Assembly (NCBI GenBank): GCA_963785995.1
Contig: CAWAXL010000012.1
Span: forward strand, 1,556-65,555
Direction of reading: 5' to 3'
Length of the DNA stretch: 64,000 bases
From: an uncultured Alphaproteobacteria bacterium
GTDB lineage: Bacteria > Pseudomonadota > Alphaproteobacteria > Rhizobiales > Beijerinckiaceae
The notes below the pieces were generated by a model that made no database searches, had not been told where the DNA came from, and saw only the letters and a list, made by a program, of their open reading frames with translations. The first letter of the stretch is position 1; each line of letters opens with the position of its first letter. The translations under genes and the position numbers were made by a program. Below are positions 1 to 9,372 of the stretch, one piece after another.

Positions 1-81
1 AATTTTGCGCGCAAGGTTCGCGATTTCGAGTTGGGGCTTCGCAAGGAACAAAACTAATGGCACACCTGTCCCTGTCGGAAA

Positions 82-210
82 TCAAATCCGAACATAGTGA
101 TGGTGTAATCCGCCGAGAATTGGCGCCGGCAGAATGTGCCCAACAGCCTGAACGGCCCGCGGCGTCGGCGCGTCTTTGTTCAGAGACAGATGTGTGCGAG
201 CACTATTGTA
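82..210 (-). pseudogene. C-terminal remnant of rve/integrase-core transposase, probable element end TGTCCCTGTCGGAAAT at 67-82
   Basis: Manual translation YNSARTHLSLNKDAPTPRAVQAVGHILPAPILGGLHHHYVRI*, the typical C-terminus of this family; preceded by an in-frame TAA. Confidence 0.8.
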
Positions 211-304
211 TTAGCCCGCATCCATCAGTGTGAATACGCGCGCAACTTCGACCCCCACTATAGCTGGCCAGCGCATTGATGTCATTGCGAAAACTTTCAA
301 TGTA

Positions 305-338
305 GCGGGGTCACGTTTCGCGCGAAACGTGACCCCGC
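305..338. repeat. Perfect 34-bp palindrome, REP-like, with GTAG at 302-305
   Basis: GCGGGGTCACGTTTCGC|GCGAAACGTGACCCCGC. Confidence 0.85.
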
Positions 339-506
339 CCAGGAAATGGATTCACCCGAATAAACAACGACATGCGTTCAATGTGGGATGGGGTCATGAT
401 TGGATGTGATTTCACAGAAATCGGTGACATGCGTAGGAGATGGGCTGCATAACCCAGCATAGCGTATTCGATCGCCTGTTGCTCGCTAACGTGTCAATGC
501 CCTCGG

Positions 507-1125
507 GTGTGTGCAATGGTCAAAGCGCCGGCTCCCGAGGAAGAGGACCGCCGCCGACTTTGCCGCGAACGCAAGGTGCTGATCGCCGAGCGGGTCAAGC
601 ACGTAAATCGTATCAAAGGATTGCTGTTCTCCGAGGGCGTGTCGGGATACGAGCCGCTGCGTCGCGATCGGCGGCGACGGCTCGATGAGCTGAGGACGGG
701 CGATGGCGGTCCCTTGCCAAAGCATCTCAAGGCTCAGATCAGCCGTGAGCTCGATCGGCTCGAACTGTTGCTTGAGCAGATCAAGGCGGCGGAGATCGAG
801 CGGGACGCGCTGCTTGCCGCGCAACAAGTCGCCGCGCCTGCGTCAGGGGCGATGTTGCTCGACATCAAGGGCATCGGTCCTGAGTTCGCCGCCATCCTTT
901 GGTCGGAAGGACTGTTCCGACACTTCGACAATCGTCGCCAGATCGCTTCTTACGCAGGGCTGGCGCCGACACCCTGGCAAAGCGGATCGGTCGATCGCGA
1001 ACAGGGCGTGTCTAAAGCAGGCAATCCGCGATTGCGAACAACGCTTATCCAACTCGCCTGGCTATGGCTGCGCCATCAGCCGCAATCGGCGCTGGCCCTG
1101 TGGTTCGAAAACCGAGTCAGACGCT
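507..1125 (+). pseudogene. IS110-family (IS1111 group) transposase, truncated at both ends
   Basis: IKGIGPEFAAILWSE...YAGLAPTPWQSG...SKAGNPRLR (Transposase_20 domain). The N-terminal DEDD domain and last helices are missing, and the ORF reads on into the non-coding end to 1238. Confidence 0.9.
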
Positions 1126-1127
1126 CA

Positions 1128-1424
1128 CTGAATCCTCAAATCTTCCAGGACCTGATCAGTCCTGGCGGATCCAGGTGGACGAACCGCAGCTTCGCATGGC
1201 TTAAAAAGCCGCCTTCAAGAATGGTTTCGTCTTCCTGAGCCCCGCCCGCCGCAAGCGGGATATTGGTGCAGCCGTCGTGAACGGCGACCGAATGTGAGGT
1301 TGATCTGGCGAGGAAACAACCAGGCCGTGCAATCGGGCTGAGACCTTGGATACCGAAAAAGCCGCTGGAGTATTATCGATGCGCGTATGAATCTCATCTC
1401 TTGACCCGAACCTCCCCATGTGAG
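1128..1424 (+). ncRNA. IS1111-type right-end non-coding region (bridge/seek RNA) and element right end
   Basis: Hairpin at 1145-1165 and two internal-loop modules (1178-1231, ~1262-1305) with segments matching the insertion flank and the element end; ends ...CCTCCCCATGTG-AG. Confidence 0.75.
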
Positions 1425-1487
1425 CGAAGCTCTTGATCGGAACAACCCGATGACTGCCCACCAGATCAGTTTGAGCATGTCTCCCAT
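1424..1487 (-). pseudogene. N-terminal remnant of rve/integrase-core transposase, interrupted by the IS1111 element
   Basis: MGDMLKLIWWAVIGLFRSRASL, the characteristic N-terminus of the family whose C-terminus is at 82-210. Confidence 0.75.
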
Positions 1488-1643
1488 GAGCTTTGTCACG
1501 TTCGTGGGTTTTACTTGTCAATAGGGCGGGGCGCTCGAATAGCGAGTGAGAGCCACGGTTGGATGCCGGTTCGCCGTCTTGTGTGCACCTTAGTGTCGCC
1601 GCATTCAACTCTAAGCTAAGGGCACAATTATTTATTTACGGAT

Positions 1644-2345
1644 ATGCAGAACATGGCGCGTGGAATTTCTTCGATCGTGACAACTGCGGTGGTCGCTGGA
1701 GCGATCGGCTTTGGAGCAGGCGTTTATCTCGTACCGAACGAAAAGGCCGACCAATTCCGCGCTATGGCGAACGAAAAGGCGGACCAATTCCGCGCTATGG
1801 TGCAGGGTGGGCTTGGCGCGATCTATCGAGTTGTTTATTCCGACAAGGCTGATCCCGATATTCACCCTTCGGAATCGTCACAAACGAAGCCCCCTGGAGA
1901 GACATCTCGTACAGAGGCGCAACCAGATGTCCCGGCGGGATCGCAGCCTGGCGCCGATGCGCAATGCGATCCTGGCAACTCGACGTGTCGTGGTGGACTC
2001 CCTGTCGATGCCGCAGCTCCACAAGATATCCCTGACCGTGATGTTGCCGCCCCGAGCAGTTCGCCGCCTGAACAAGACGATCAGCCATCACATGCATTGA
2101 ATGCCGATCCTTCTGGAACTGTGCCGCCTGGGATTTCTGACCGTGAGGTTACCGCCCCGAGCAGTTCGCCGCCAGAACAAGACGATCAGCCATCACATGC
2201 GTTGAACACCGATCCTTCTGGAACTTTGCCGCCGAACAGCTCACCAAACATTGAAAGTGATGCCCCTACGCCTGTCGCCCCAGAAACTGCTAAAAAGAAG
2301 CCCCCTGCCAAGAAAGTGAAACCCAAGAGCAGCCCCAGCGAGTAG
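1644..2345 (+). CDS. Membrane-anchored Pro/Ser/Asp-rich hypothetical protein with internal tandem repeats
   Basis: N-terminal hydrophobic helix; 33-bp duplication (1735-1800) and 105-bp duplication (2032-~2233), both in frame; Lys-rich tail. Confidence 0.75.
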   Translation: MQNMARGISSIVTTAVVAGAIGFGAGVYLVPNEKADQFRAMANEKADQFRAMVQGGLGAIYRVVYSDKADPDIHPSESSQTKPPGETSRTEAQPDVPAGSQPGADAQCDPGNSTCRGGLPVDAAAPQDIPDRDVAAPSSSPPEQDDQPSHALNADPSGTVPPGISDREVTAPSSSPPEQDDQPSHALNTDPSGTLPPNSSPNIESDAPTPVAPETAKKKPPAKKVKPKSSPSE

Positions 2346-2544
2346 CTTTTCGCCGATGGGGTCCGGGCCCGCCGAGGTCTTCCTGCAGCCGATGGTCAAG
2401 TGCACGGGCGAGCAGGTTCCTTCGAACAAAGCCGCTGGTGGTTCCTCTCTGGTTTTGACGCCACAGATTGCGAAGCTCACCCACGTTCATCGCCGCGATG
2501 GATTGAGCTTCACATCGGGATCACGTCGCCCTTGACGAAGGCTC

Positions 2545-2835
2545 CTATCGGTCGGCGCTGTCGAGTTGGTGCAGATAGCGTGCAACGCTCTCCTCGATCT
2601 GCGCCATGCGCCGCTGCATCTTGGCGCGCGTGAAGTTCTTGTCCCGATTATTGACCGCCTTGAACTTGCTGCCGTCGATCGCGACGCTGGCCTCAGCGAA
2701 AAGGCCCATCGTGCGGCAGAGCGCTACGAACCGGGTGCAGACCTGACGGATGGCGCGGCCATTGTCCTTGCGGAAGTCGGCGATCGTCTTGTGATCTGGA
2801 ACGAGGCGCCTTGTCAGCCACATCACCTCGATGTT
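2545..2835 (-). pseudogene. IS1182-family transposase internal fragment
   Basis: NIEVMWLTRRLVPDHKTIADFRKDNG...AIDGSKFKAVNNRDKNFT. Confidence 0.9.
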
Positions 2836-3014
2836 CCCCAGAAACTGGACTTCTGGGGACGGGGTCGTGACCTTCTGCATTGCGCCAACAAGAGACATTG
2901 TTGTTGCCGAGATATGCGGTCCGCAAGCAGCTTTATCTCGCCCGAAAATCGTTTCAATATCCTTGTCAGCTGCTGCTCCGGCCGCCCGGCACCAAGAAGA
3001 TGCGAAGGTAACCG

Positions 3015-3590
3015 ATGAACAAGGAACGACTTGCTGCCTTCAGCGACGGCGTTATCGCCGTCATCATCACCATTATGGTGCTAGAGATGAAGGTACCGCG
3101 CGGCTCGGAGCTGGGAGCGCTTTGGCCCTTGGCACCGGTTTTCGGAAGCTATGTGCTGAGCTTCGTGTACGTGGGTATCTACTGGAATAACCACCACCAT
3201 TTGCTGCATGCTGTGCAGTCTATTAACGGCCGCATCCTCTGGGCCAACCTGCATCTGTTATTCTGGCTGTCGCTAATTCCTTTTTGCTCCGGGTGGATGG
3301 GTGAGAACCATTTTGATACTCTGCCGGTCGCACTTTATGGCGTGGTACTCTTAATGTGCGGCATTGCATACTACATTCTCGCGCGGCTCCTGATTGCACA
3401 CCACGGTCATCAGTCAAACCTGGCGATCGCGTTGGGCAGCGACTTCAAGGGGATTGCGTCGGTTCTGCTCTATATCGCGGCCATTCCGCTCGCCTTCTTC
3501 AGCTCGCCAGCTACATTCGCTGTCTATGTGCTCGTTGCGGCTATCTGGTTCATACCAGATCGTCGGATAGAAAGGACGTTTAGGCAATAA
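3015..3590 (+). CDS. TMEM175-family (DUF1211) potassium channel
   Basis: RLAAFSDGVIAVIITIMVLE signature, YWNNHHH, multiple TM helices. Confidence 0.93.
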   Translation: MNKERLAAFSDGVIAVIITIMVLEMKVPRGSELGALWPLAPVFGSYVLSFVYVGIYWNNHHHLLHAVQSINGRILWANLHLLFWLSLIPFCSGWMGENHFDTLPVALYGVVLLMCGIAYYILARLLIAHHGHQSNLAIALGSDFKGIASVLLYIAAIPLAFFSSPATFAVYVLVAAIWFIPDRRIERTFRQ

Positions 3591-4090
3591 AGCGTTCCAT
3601 GTGACCTTGCGAACCGAACGTCCCAGATGATTGTCGACTGAGAAGCCGCAAATGTTGCGTTCACGCTGTGTGAGTTCGAGGCCGACTAACTAAGTACCAA
3701 ATTGTTCCACGAGCGTAGCAGTGGAAAACCTCTCGGTTCTGTAGGAACGTCCGTTCTGGTCAATTCCTGTCATCGAAAACTCTGAGCCGAACTTCCGCAA
3801 AGGGTCGAATGCAGAAGTTCTTCAAATGACTCTGGGACGCCGATAGCATCCGATGATCGTGGAAACACCTCACGCCGAGATGCAGCGAGCGGCAGATCGT
3901 TAATCCGCTCGACAGCCATCGCTCTCATCATGCTCAAGCCGACATCCACCTGATTGGCCCCCCATTGGGTGGTCCGCGCGAATGCTAGTTTAGCCGGGAA
4001 TGACCATTGAAAGCGCTTGAAATCGACGGTATTGGACGCTGCCGAGATTTGACTGTTATCAGTAAGGGAACGGTTAACCAAAACCGTATG

Positions 4091-5128
4091 CTACCGCGCC
4101 AGCGGCCCATTGGCCTTCTTCCAGGCATCGATGCCGCCCTGAATGTGACAGGCGGTCTTGAGGCCGGCGTCCTGCGCGGCTTGTACCGCCATCGCCGAGC
4201 GCTCGCCGAAGGCGCAGTAGAACACAATCCGCTTGCCGGTCGCCGCTGCCAATTCGTGCAGCATGCCGCCTGCGCTGATGTTCTCCTGCAAGTCCGGATA
4301 GGGCGCGTGCAGCGAGCCGGGAATGGTTCCGTGTCTTTCGCGTTCGCTCTTCTCGCGCAGGTCGACGATCGCGACGTCGGGGCGGCCGCGCAACGCCACC
4401 GCCTCGGCCGCCGAGACCGCCCAGCCTTTGCGCGCGATCTCGTCCTGGTGGAGACCGACATGCATGTTGGCCGGCACCGCCACATCCATCATCTTCGGAT
4501 TGGGCAGCTTCAGATTGTTCATGAGGTCGACATATTCGTCGACCGATCCGACCTTGAGCCGCGGGTTGAACTGCTTCTCCTCGCCGATGGTCGAGACCGT
4601 GTCGCCTTTGTAGTCGTGCGCCGGATAGACGAGCGTCTCGTTCGGCAGCTTGAGCAGCTTGCCGAAGATCGAGTCGTATTGCGCGCGTGCATTGCCATTC
4701 TGGAAATCGGTGCGGCCGGTGCCGCGGATGAGCAGCGTGTCGCCGGTGAACACGCGATCGCCCATGAGGAACGAATACGAATCGTCGGTGTGGCCCGGCG
4801 TGTAAAGCACGTCGAGGCTCAATCCCTCGATCTCGATGCAGTCGCCTTCCGTCACGCGCATGGAGACGACGTCGGCGTGCGTTTGCTCGCCCATCACCGT
4901 GATGCAATGGGTGCGGTCGCGCAGCGCACCCAGTCCGGTGACGTGGTCGGCGTGCAGATGCGTGTCGACGGCCTTGACCAGCTTGAGATCGAGCTCGCGC
5001 ACGAGCTGCAGATAGCGGTCGACCTTCTCCAGCACCGGATCGATGATCAGCGCCTCGCCGCCATGCCGGCTGGCGATGAGATAGGTGTAGGTGCTGGAAA
5101 CGCTGTCGAAGAGCTGGCGGAATATCAT
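4091..5128 (-). CDS. Persulfide dioxygenase (ETHE1-like MBL fold) fused to rhodanese
   Basis: THLHADH, TPGHT, GDTLLIRGTGRTDF, PAHDY; C-terminal rhodanese loop FYCAFGERS. Confidence 0.93.
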   Translation of the reverse strand: MIFRQLFDSVSSTYTYLIASRHGGEALIIDPVLEKVDRYLQLVRELDLKLVKAVDTHLHADHVTGLGALRDRTHCITVMGEQTHADVVSMRVTEGDCIEIEGLSLDVLYTPGHTDDSYSFLMGDRVFTGDTLLIRGTGRTDFQNGNARAQYDSIFGKLLKLPNETLVYPAHDYKGDTVSTIGEEKQFNPRLKVGSVDEYVDLMNNLKLPNPKMMDVAVPANMHVGLHQDEIARKGWAVSAAEAVALRGRPDVAIVDLREKSERERHGTIPGSLHAPYPDLQENISAGGMLHELAAATGKRIVFYCAFGERSAMAVQAAQDAGLKTACHIQGGIDAWKKANGPLAR

Positions 5129-5261
5129 CGGCGACTCCGTTCCGCGAATCTTACGCCGGACACCTCGTGAAAGCGTCAGGCGCCGAGCAAGGGTGCGGCG
5201 ATTGTAAGGACGGAAAAATGTTTTGCCCCTGGCCCCGCAGGCCGGAGAGAGGGCATCGCTG

Positions 5262-5926
5262 TTACGCCTTCGGCTGCGGCACGATGCGGATGTAGGGCTT
5301 CGGCGCCTTCCAGCCTTGCGGATATTGCTTCTTGGCGTCCTCGTCGGTCACCGAGCCGGCGATGATCACGTCCTCGCCCTGCTTCCAGTTCACCGGCGTC
5401 GCGACCTTGTGCTTGGCGGTGAGCTGCAGCGAGTTGATCACGCGCAGCACCTCGTCGAAGTTGCGGCCGGTGGTCATCGGATAGACGAGGATCAGCTTGA
5501 TCTTCTTGTCGGGCCCGATGACGAAGACGTTGCGCACGGTCTGGTTGTCGGCCGGCGGTGCGCTTGGCTGGATCGCCGGACACGGCCGCCGGCAGCATGC
5601 CGTAGAGCTTCGAGACGTTGAAGTCGGTGTCGCCGATCATCGGATAGTTGGGCGCAAAGCCCTGCGTCTCCTTGATGTCGTCCGCCCAGCCGGAGTGCTG
5701 CTCGACCGGATCGACGCGAGAGGCCGATGATCTTGACGCCACGCTTGTCGAACTCGGGTTTGATCTTGGCCATGTAGCCTAGCTCGGTGGTGCAGACCGG
5801 CGTGAAATCCTTCGGGTGCGAGAACAGCACGGCCCAGGAATTGCCGATCCAGTCGTGGAAGCGGATTTTGCCTTCGGTCGTTTGCGCCTCGAAATCCGGC
5901 GCGGTGTCGTTGATTGCAAGAGTCAT
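5262..5926 (-). CDS. 1-Cys peroxiredoxin (Prx6), two frameshifts
   Basis: [16 protein letters not shown] and [21 protein letters not shown] split across three frames. Confidence 0.9.
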
Positions 5927-6020
5927 CACATACTCCGTCAGGTGGGTGTAAGGGATGGCCTGGGGGCCGGTATCGCGTCTACGACTTAAGCGCTCAGGCG
6001 ACCGTCTCAGAGAGGGCGGT

Positions 6021-6494
6021 CTAATGGTGGTCGTCCTGTTCCTCGTGATGCGGTCCGGGGGGCTCGGTTTTGACCATATTGGACTGCCCCTCTTCCGAGT
6101 GGTCGATGAACAGGACCTTGGTCGGCGTCGAGCCGGCATTCATGCCGTGATGCCGGGTCCCGATCGCCTCGACGAAGATCGTTCCGGCCGAGAATTCCCG
6201 CCGGGTACCGTTCTCCAGTTCGATCGACAGCGTGCCGTCGATCACATAGACATAGCGAATATTCGGATGCTCGTGCCACCCGACATCGACGCCAGGCGGG
6301 ATCTCCACCATCGTGGCAGTGACTTGTGGATTTTTGCCGGGATATTCCAGCTTCTGGCCGGTGATCGTTGTGGCCGTCTTCAGCAACGGAGTTGCCTTCA
6401 CAGTCGGTTGCTGCTGGGCCCAGGCGGTCGTGGTGGCGAGAAGCAGGACAAGGAACCCGGCAGACAGCTTTTGCATCCTCATGGCGCGCTCCAC
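6021..6494 (-). CDS. Secreted cupin-domain protein with His-rich tail
   Basis: Signal peptide ending AWA, WHEHP...[11 protein letters not shown] cupin motifs, tail HHEEQDDHH. Confidence 0.85.
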   Translation of the reverse strand: MERAMRMQKLSAGFLVLLLATTTAWAQQQPTVKATPLLKTATTITGQKLEYPGKNPQVTATMVEIPPGVDVGWHEHPNIRYVYVIDGTLSIELENGTRREFSAGTIFVEAIGTRHHGMNAGSTPTKVLFIDHSEEGQSNMVKTEPPGPHHEEQDDHH

Positions 6495-6654
6495 CCCCGA
6501 TGTTCAAATATTAAAGCCTTAGGGCCTCGTCGCCAAGCCCAGTCGGCTCGAAAAATCGTGTCGAGGTGCAATAGCGTGGGCGTTGCAAAGAGCGCCACAT
6601 CAAGAGGGGACGTCAGCCATGCAGATTCCCACTGCCATATAGCGCCGCACACCG

Positions 6655-6990
6655 CATGACGACATCGCAGGTGTCGTCGATGTCGAGCGTGACGGACGCC
6701 CGTTCGCGCTCGTAGCTGTCCATCCATGCGTCGACCAAGCAATACGTCAGCCGGATCACGTCTTTTAGACGCGGCGCGTTCTCGAGCCGAGATGGGGTGG
6801 GCTGCGAGCAGAGATCATGGCCCGTATCGGGCAGCCGTCCGCATAGGAGCTTGAACGCCGGATCGGAGCGCAGAAAATCAAGGTCGGCGGCGTCCTCATA
6901 GCCGCAAGCGACACATGCGGGCGCGAAACATGTCGGCAAGACTGTGGACGATGCGCGTGGGATTACGCCGGTCCGGGAACCCTCGCGAGA
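6655..6990 (-). pseudogene. IS1380-family transposase fragment
   Basis: ACGYEDAADLDFLRSDPAFKL.CGRLP...SQPT.SRLENAP...VTLDIDDTCDVV. Confidence 0.9.
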
Positions 6991-7086
6991 AAAGCAAGAA
7001 CCGCCGCAACGACCGCGGCGAGAAGCGGAAGCGGCGCGCAGCCGCATGGCTGCGAGAACCCCACCCGCCTCCGCAGCGCTATCCCG

Positions 7087-7203
7087 TTACATCATCCCCA
7101 TAGGGCCCTTCATGATCTCGTTGGCGGTCTTCTTCTGCTCATCGCTCAGAACGGAGTAAAGCGGCTGCACGGCCGCCTCTATCGCGCGCAGAGAGTTGAG
7201 GTG
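7087..7203 (-). pseudogene. C-terminal remnant of Spy/CpxP (LTXXQ)-like protein
   Basis: Manual translation LRAIEAAVQPLYSVLSDEQKKTANEIMKGPMGMM*, cut off by the IS6 remnant. Confidence 0.65.
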
Positions 7204-7309
7204 CATTCCGGGCCTTGGCGATGCAGACGTGGCACGAAGTCGTCGCCGCGGCGTGAGCCTGACGTACCAGGAGATTTGTTACATCTCTATTTGGCAATGT
7301 GACAGAACC
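7203..7309 (+). mobile_element. IS6-family right-end remnant
   Basis: AFRALAMQTWHEVVAAA* then IR ...TTGGCAATGTGACAGAACC; inverted homologue at 14075. Confidence 0.75.
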
Positions 7310-7349
7310 GAGCCTACGCGAATCTGCGACAGTGTTCGTGACTTAATGT

Positions 7350-7502
7350 TCACCGTAAGTGATAACTTACGTAACGAAATACTTGGCGAAACCCGTCGTA
7401 AAAATCCGCCAGAAAAACATTAGCCGCATCGCTCCGCGCAATCATGATGCCGATCGCTGCGGCTGCAGCCACCATGACAAACAACATAGCGGGATGTTTC
7501 AT
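7350..7502 (-). CDS. Small single-TM hypothetical protein
   Basis: MKHPAMLFVMVAAAAAIGIMIA..., AAGGA upstream. Confidence 0.4.
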   Translation of the reverse strand: MKHPAMLFVMVAAAAAIGIMIARSDAANVFLADFYDGFRQVFRYVSYHLR

Positions 7503-7649
7503 GAGCGTTCCTTGCGAAATCGGTTTATTTCCGCGCGCTCTAGGGCCTCTGGCGGCCTCCGTTCCCAGTATTGGCTTTCGGTCCGGAGGAATGACGATCG
7601 CGGCTCTTCCGATCAGCAGCAATTGTTAATGATAACCGTCCGCCGCCAT

Positions 7650-8483
7650 TCATTCTACAAAAACGGTAACAGCTACGCCCTCGATAGTATTACGAAATAA
7701 GCCAGTTCCGCGAGATTCAAGTTTGTAACGCACCGAGTAGGTTTGCGCGTTGGTCGCCAACACCTTTCCCGTGCATATTCTAAGCTGATCATTCGCCAAT
7801 TGTTGCTGCGTGTCCGTGAGACCCACGGCTGTTACCCCTGCATTCCCCGCCGTGGCGGCGGCCTTCCCAAACAGTTCCCTAACTTGGCCTTGCACAACGT
7901 CAGCGTTACACTCAGGAAGTTCAAATCCCATGAAAACGCTCATGAAATTGGAAGCCAGGGCAGCCGTCCACCAACACCAAGACATATAGAAAAGCGCTCC
8001 AAGCATCCAGAGCAGCATTGCCGCGACCGCGTTCCGTTGACCGCTTTTTTTGATCGCGATAACGCCTAGAAGCAGCCATACCGCGCTGGCTAGAAGCATC
8101 ACTGCGACGGGAAGACGGGATAACCATGAAGAGTACGAGATTACGAAATCGTTTCCCGTGGATTGCCTGACAAGAACGTTAATAAGGCCGCAGACAATCG
8201 GGACCCCGAACGCAAACCAAACCCAAAAAGTTTTTACCTGTTTCGGTATACCGAACGTCAGCCACGCCCAAAAGTTGTTGACCTTATCTAGCTGGAGTGG
8301 GGGCGGAGCGCCGGGTCGCTGCAGTTCGTCCACATCTGCATATTGCTTCCATTCGGCTCCGAAGGAACTGGTCCAGACCAAAGTTTCACGTGTTATCTCT
8401 CCAGCGTCGTAAAGAGATCTGAGTTGATCCTTGCTCACTGGCCCCTTAGTTGCTCCATTCCGCTTGTAGCGCCAGCTCTCCAT
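7650..8483 (-). CDS. GYF_2/DUF4339-domain membrane protein
   Basis: WRYKRNGATKGPVS...GEITRETLVW...W N-terminal domain, several TM helices, C-terminal domain with a Cys pair. Confidence 0.8.
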   Translation of the reverse strand: MESWRYKRNGATKGPVSKDQLRSLYDAGEITRETLVWTSSFGAEWKQYADVDELQRPGAPPPLQLDKVNNFWAWLTFGIPKQVKTFWVWFAFGVPIVCGLINVLVRQSTGNDFVISYSSWLSRLPVAVMLLASAVWLLLGVIAIKKSGQRNAVAAMLLWMLGALFYMSWCWWTAALASNFMSVFMGFELPECNADVVQGQVRELFGKAAATAGNAGVTAVGLTDTQQQLANDQLRICTGKVLATNAQTYSVRYKLESRGTGLFRNTIEGVAVTVFVE

Positions 8484-8649
8484 GGGTTTTCTCCACCTCT
8501 TCAACGTTCACACTATACAAATTTAGGGTGAGCGAGCCGTTCTCTCGAGACACTGTCGCTTTTATGAGTGCGTGTGCAATACGGTCGGGTGCAGTGTATG
8601 CATCCGGTGTGAACCGCAGGCGCTTTCCGATTTTTCCTGGCGCAGATGT

Positions 8650-8877
8650 TCACGCGGCGGCGGCAGGCACGAGCTGACGAGCCTTGTTCCAGGTCCACGG
8701 GAGCAATTCGTCGATCTGCTTCACCGGATGGTCCGGCAAGCGGGCAAGGATGTCGGCGAGCCAGGCCTGAGGATCGACGTCATTTAACTTGCATGTCTCG
8801 ATCAGTGTGTAGACCGCAGCGGCGCGACGTCCGCCTTCATCAGAGCCAGCGAATGTCCAATTTTTTCTGCCAACCGC
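8650..8877 (-). pseudogene. tnpC: IS66 TnpC C-terminal part
   Basis: AVGRKNWTFAGSDEGGRRAAAVYTLIETCKLNDVDPQAWLADILARL...LLPW. Confidence 0.92.
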
Positions 8878-9356
8878 CATCACCCGTTCATTCTGCCCAT
8901 GTCGGGCAGGAGTTGGAAGTCCATTACCGGTGGCACCCGTATTTTGGCAGCAAGGTTGCTGTCCGTCGTGTGGAGCAGCGAGCAACTGGGCAATTTCTTC
9001 AGGTGCTGGGGCCAGCCGGCGTTGTGGTCTCGATGGCAGGGTGGATGCTCGATCCCGTCATCTGCGCCGGAATGACTTTTGGCGGCCCGCGCGTCGATCT
9101 CGCCGCACTCGTCGAGTTGGAGCGACTGTTGATAGGTGCGATCAATCCCGCACAGTGCCGGAGCGATGTTGCGATCGTTCCGGAGGAAGGCAATGCAGTC
9201 TCCCAAAGCGTCGGCGGTGGAGCCGGCTCGGCAGCTGACCCTGTTATTCGACAACACCAGGCTGGAAAGGCTGGGCTCTGCGGAGCGGGACAAGATCATT
9301 TCGGCGTTGGCTCAGATCCTCATGCAGGCGGCCGGCCTCAGCGTCGAGGAGCTTGA
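8878..9356 (+). CDS. Accessory ORF1 of the LSR element; its RBS and start lie at the opposite end (11446)
   Basis: SPVHSAHVGQELEVHYRWHPYFG...WMLDPVIC.GM resembles Y4bD/Y4pK-type proteins (from memory); in frame with ATG 11446 after circularisation. Confidence 0.7.
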
Positions 9357-9372
9357 CGATGACAAGCGCTGA
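9193..9372 (+). CDS. Small accessory ORF2 of the LSR element (59 aa)
   Basis: Strong RBS GGAGGAAGG before ATG 9193; MQSPKASAVEPARQLTLLF...; overlaps the LSR start. Confidence 0.7.
   Translation: MQSPKASAVEPARQLTLLFDNTRLERLGSAERDKIISALAQILMQAAGLSVEELDDDKR

Noticed and set aside
1735-2233. Tandem repeats as a CRISPR array
   Set aside because: Two-copy in-frame coding repeats without unique spacers; no cas genes in the window.
4007-5170. Long antisense ORFs (e.g. 4007-5170 +, 18944-19981 -, 23381-24100 +, 58803-59903 -)
   Set aside because: Shadow frames opposite recognisable genes in high-GC DNA, with no motifs of their own.
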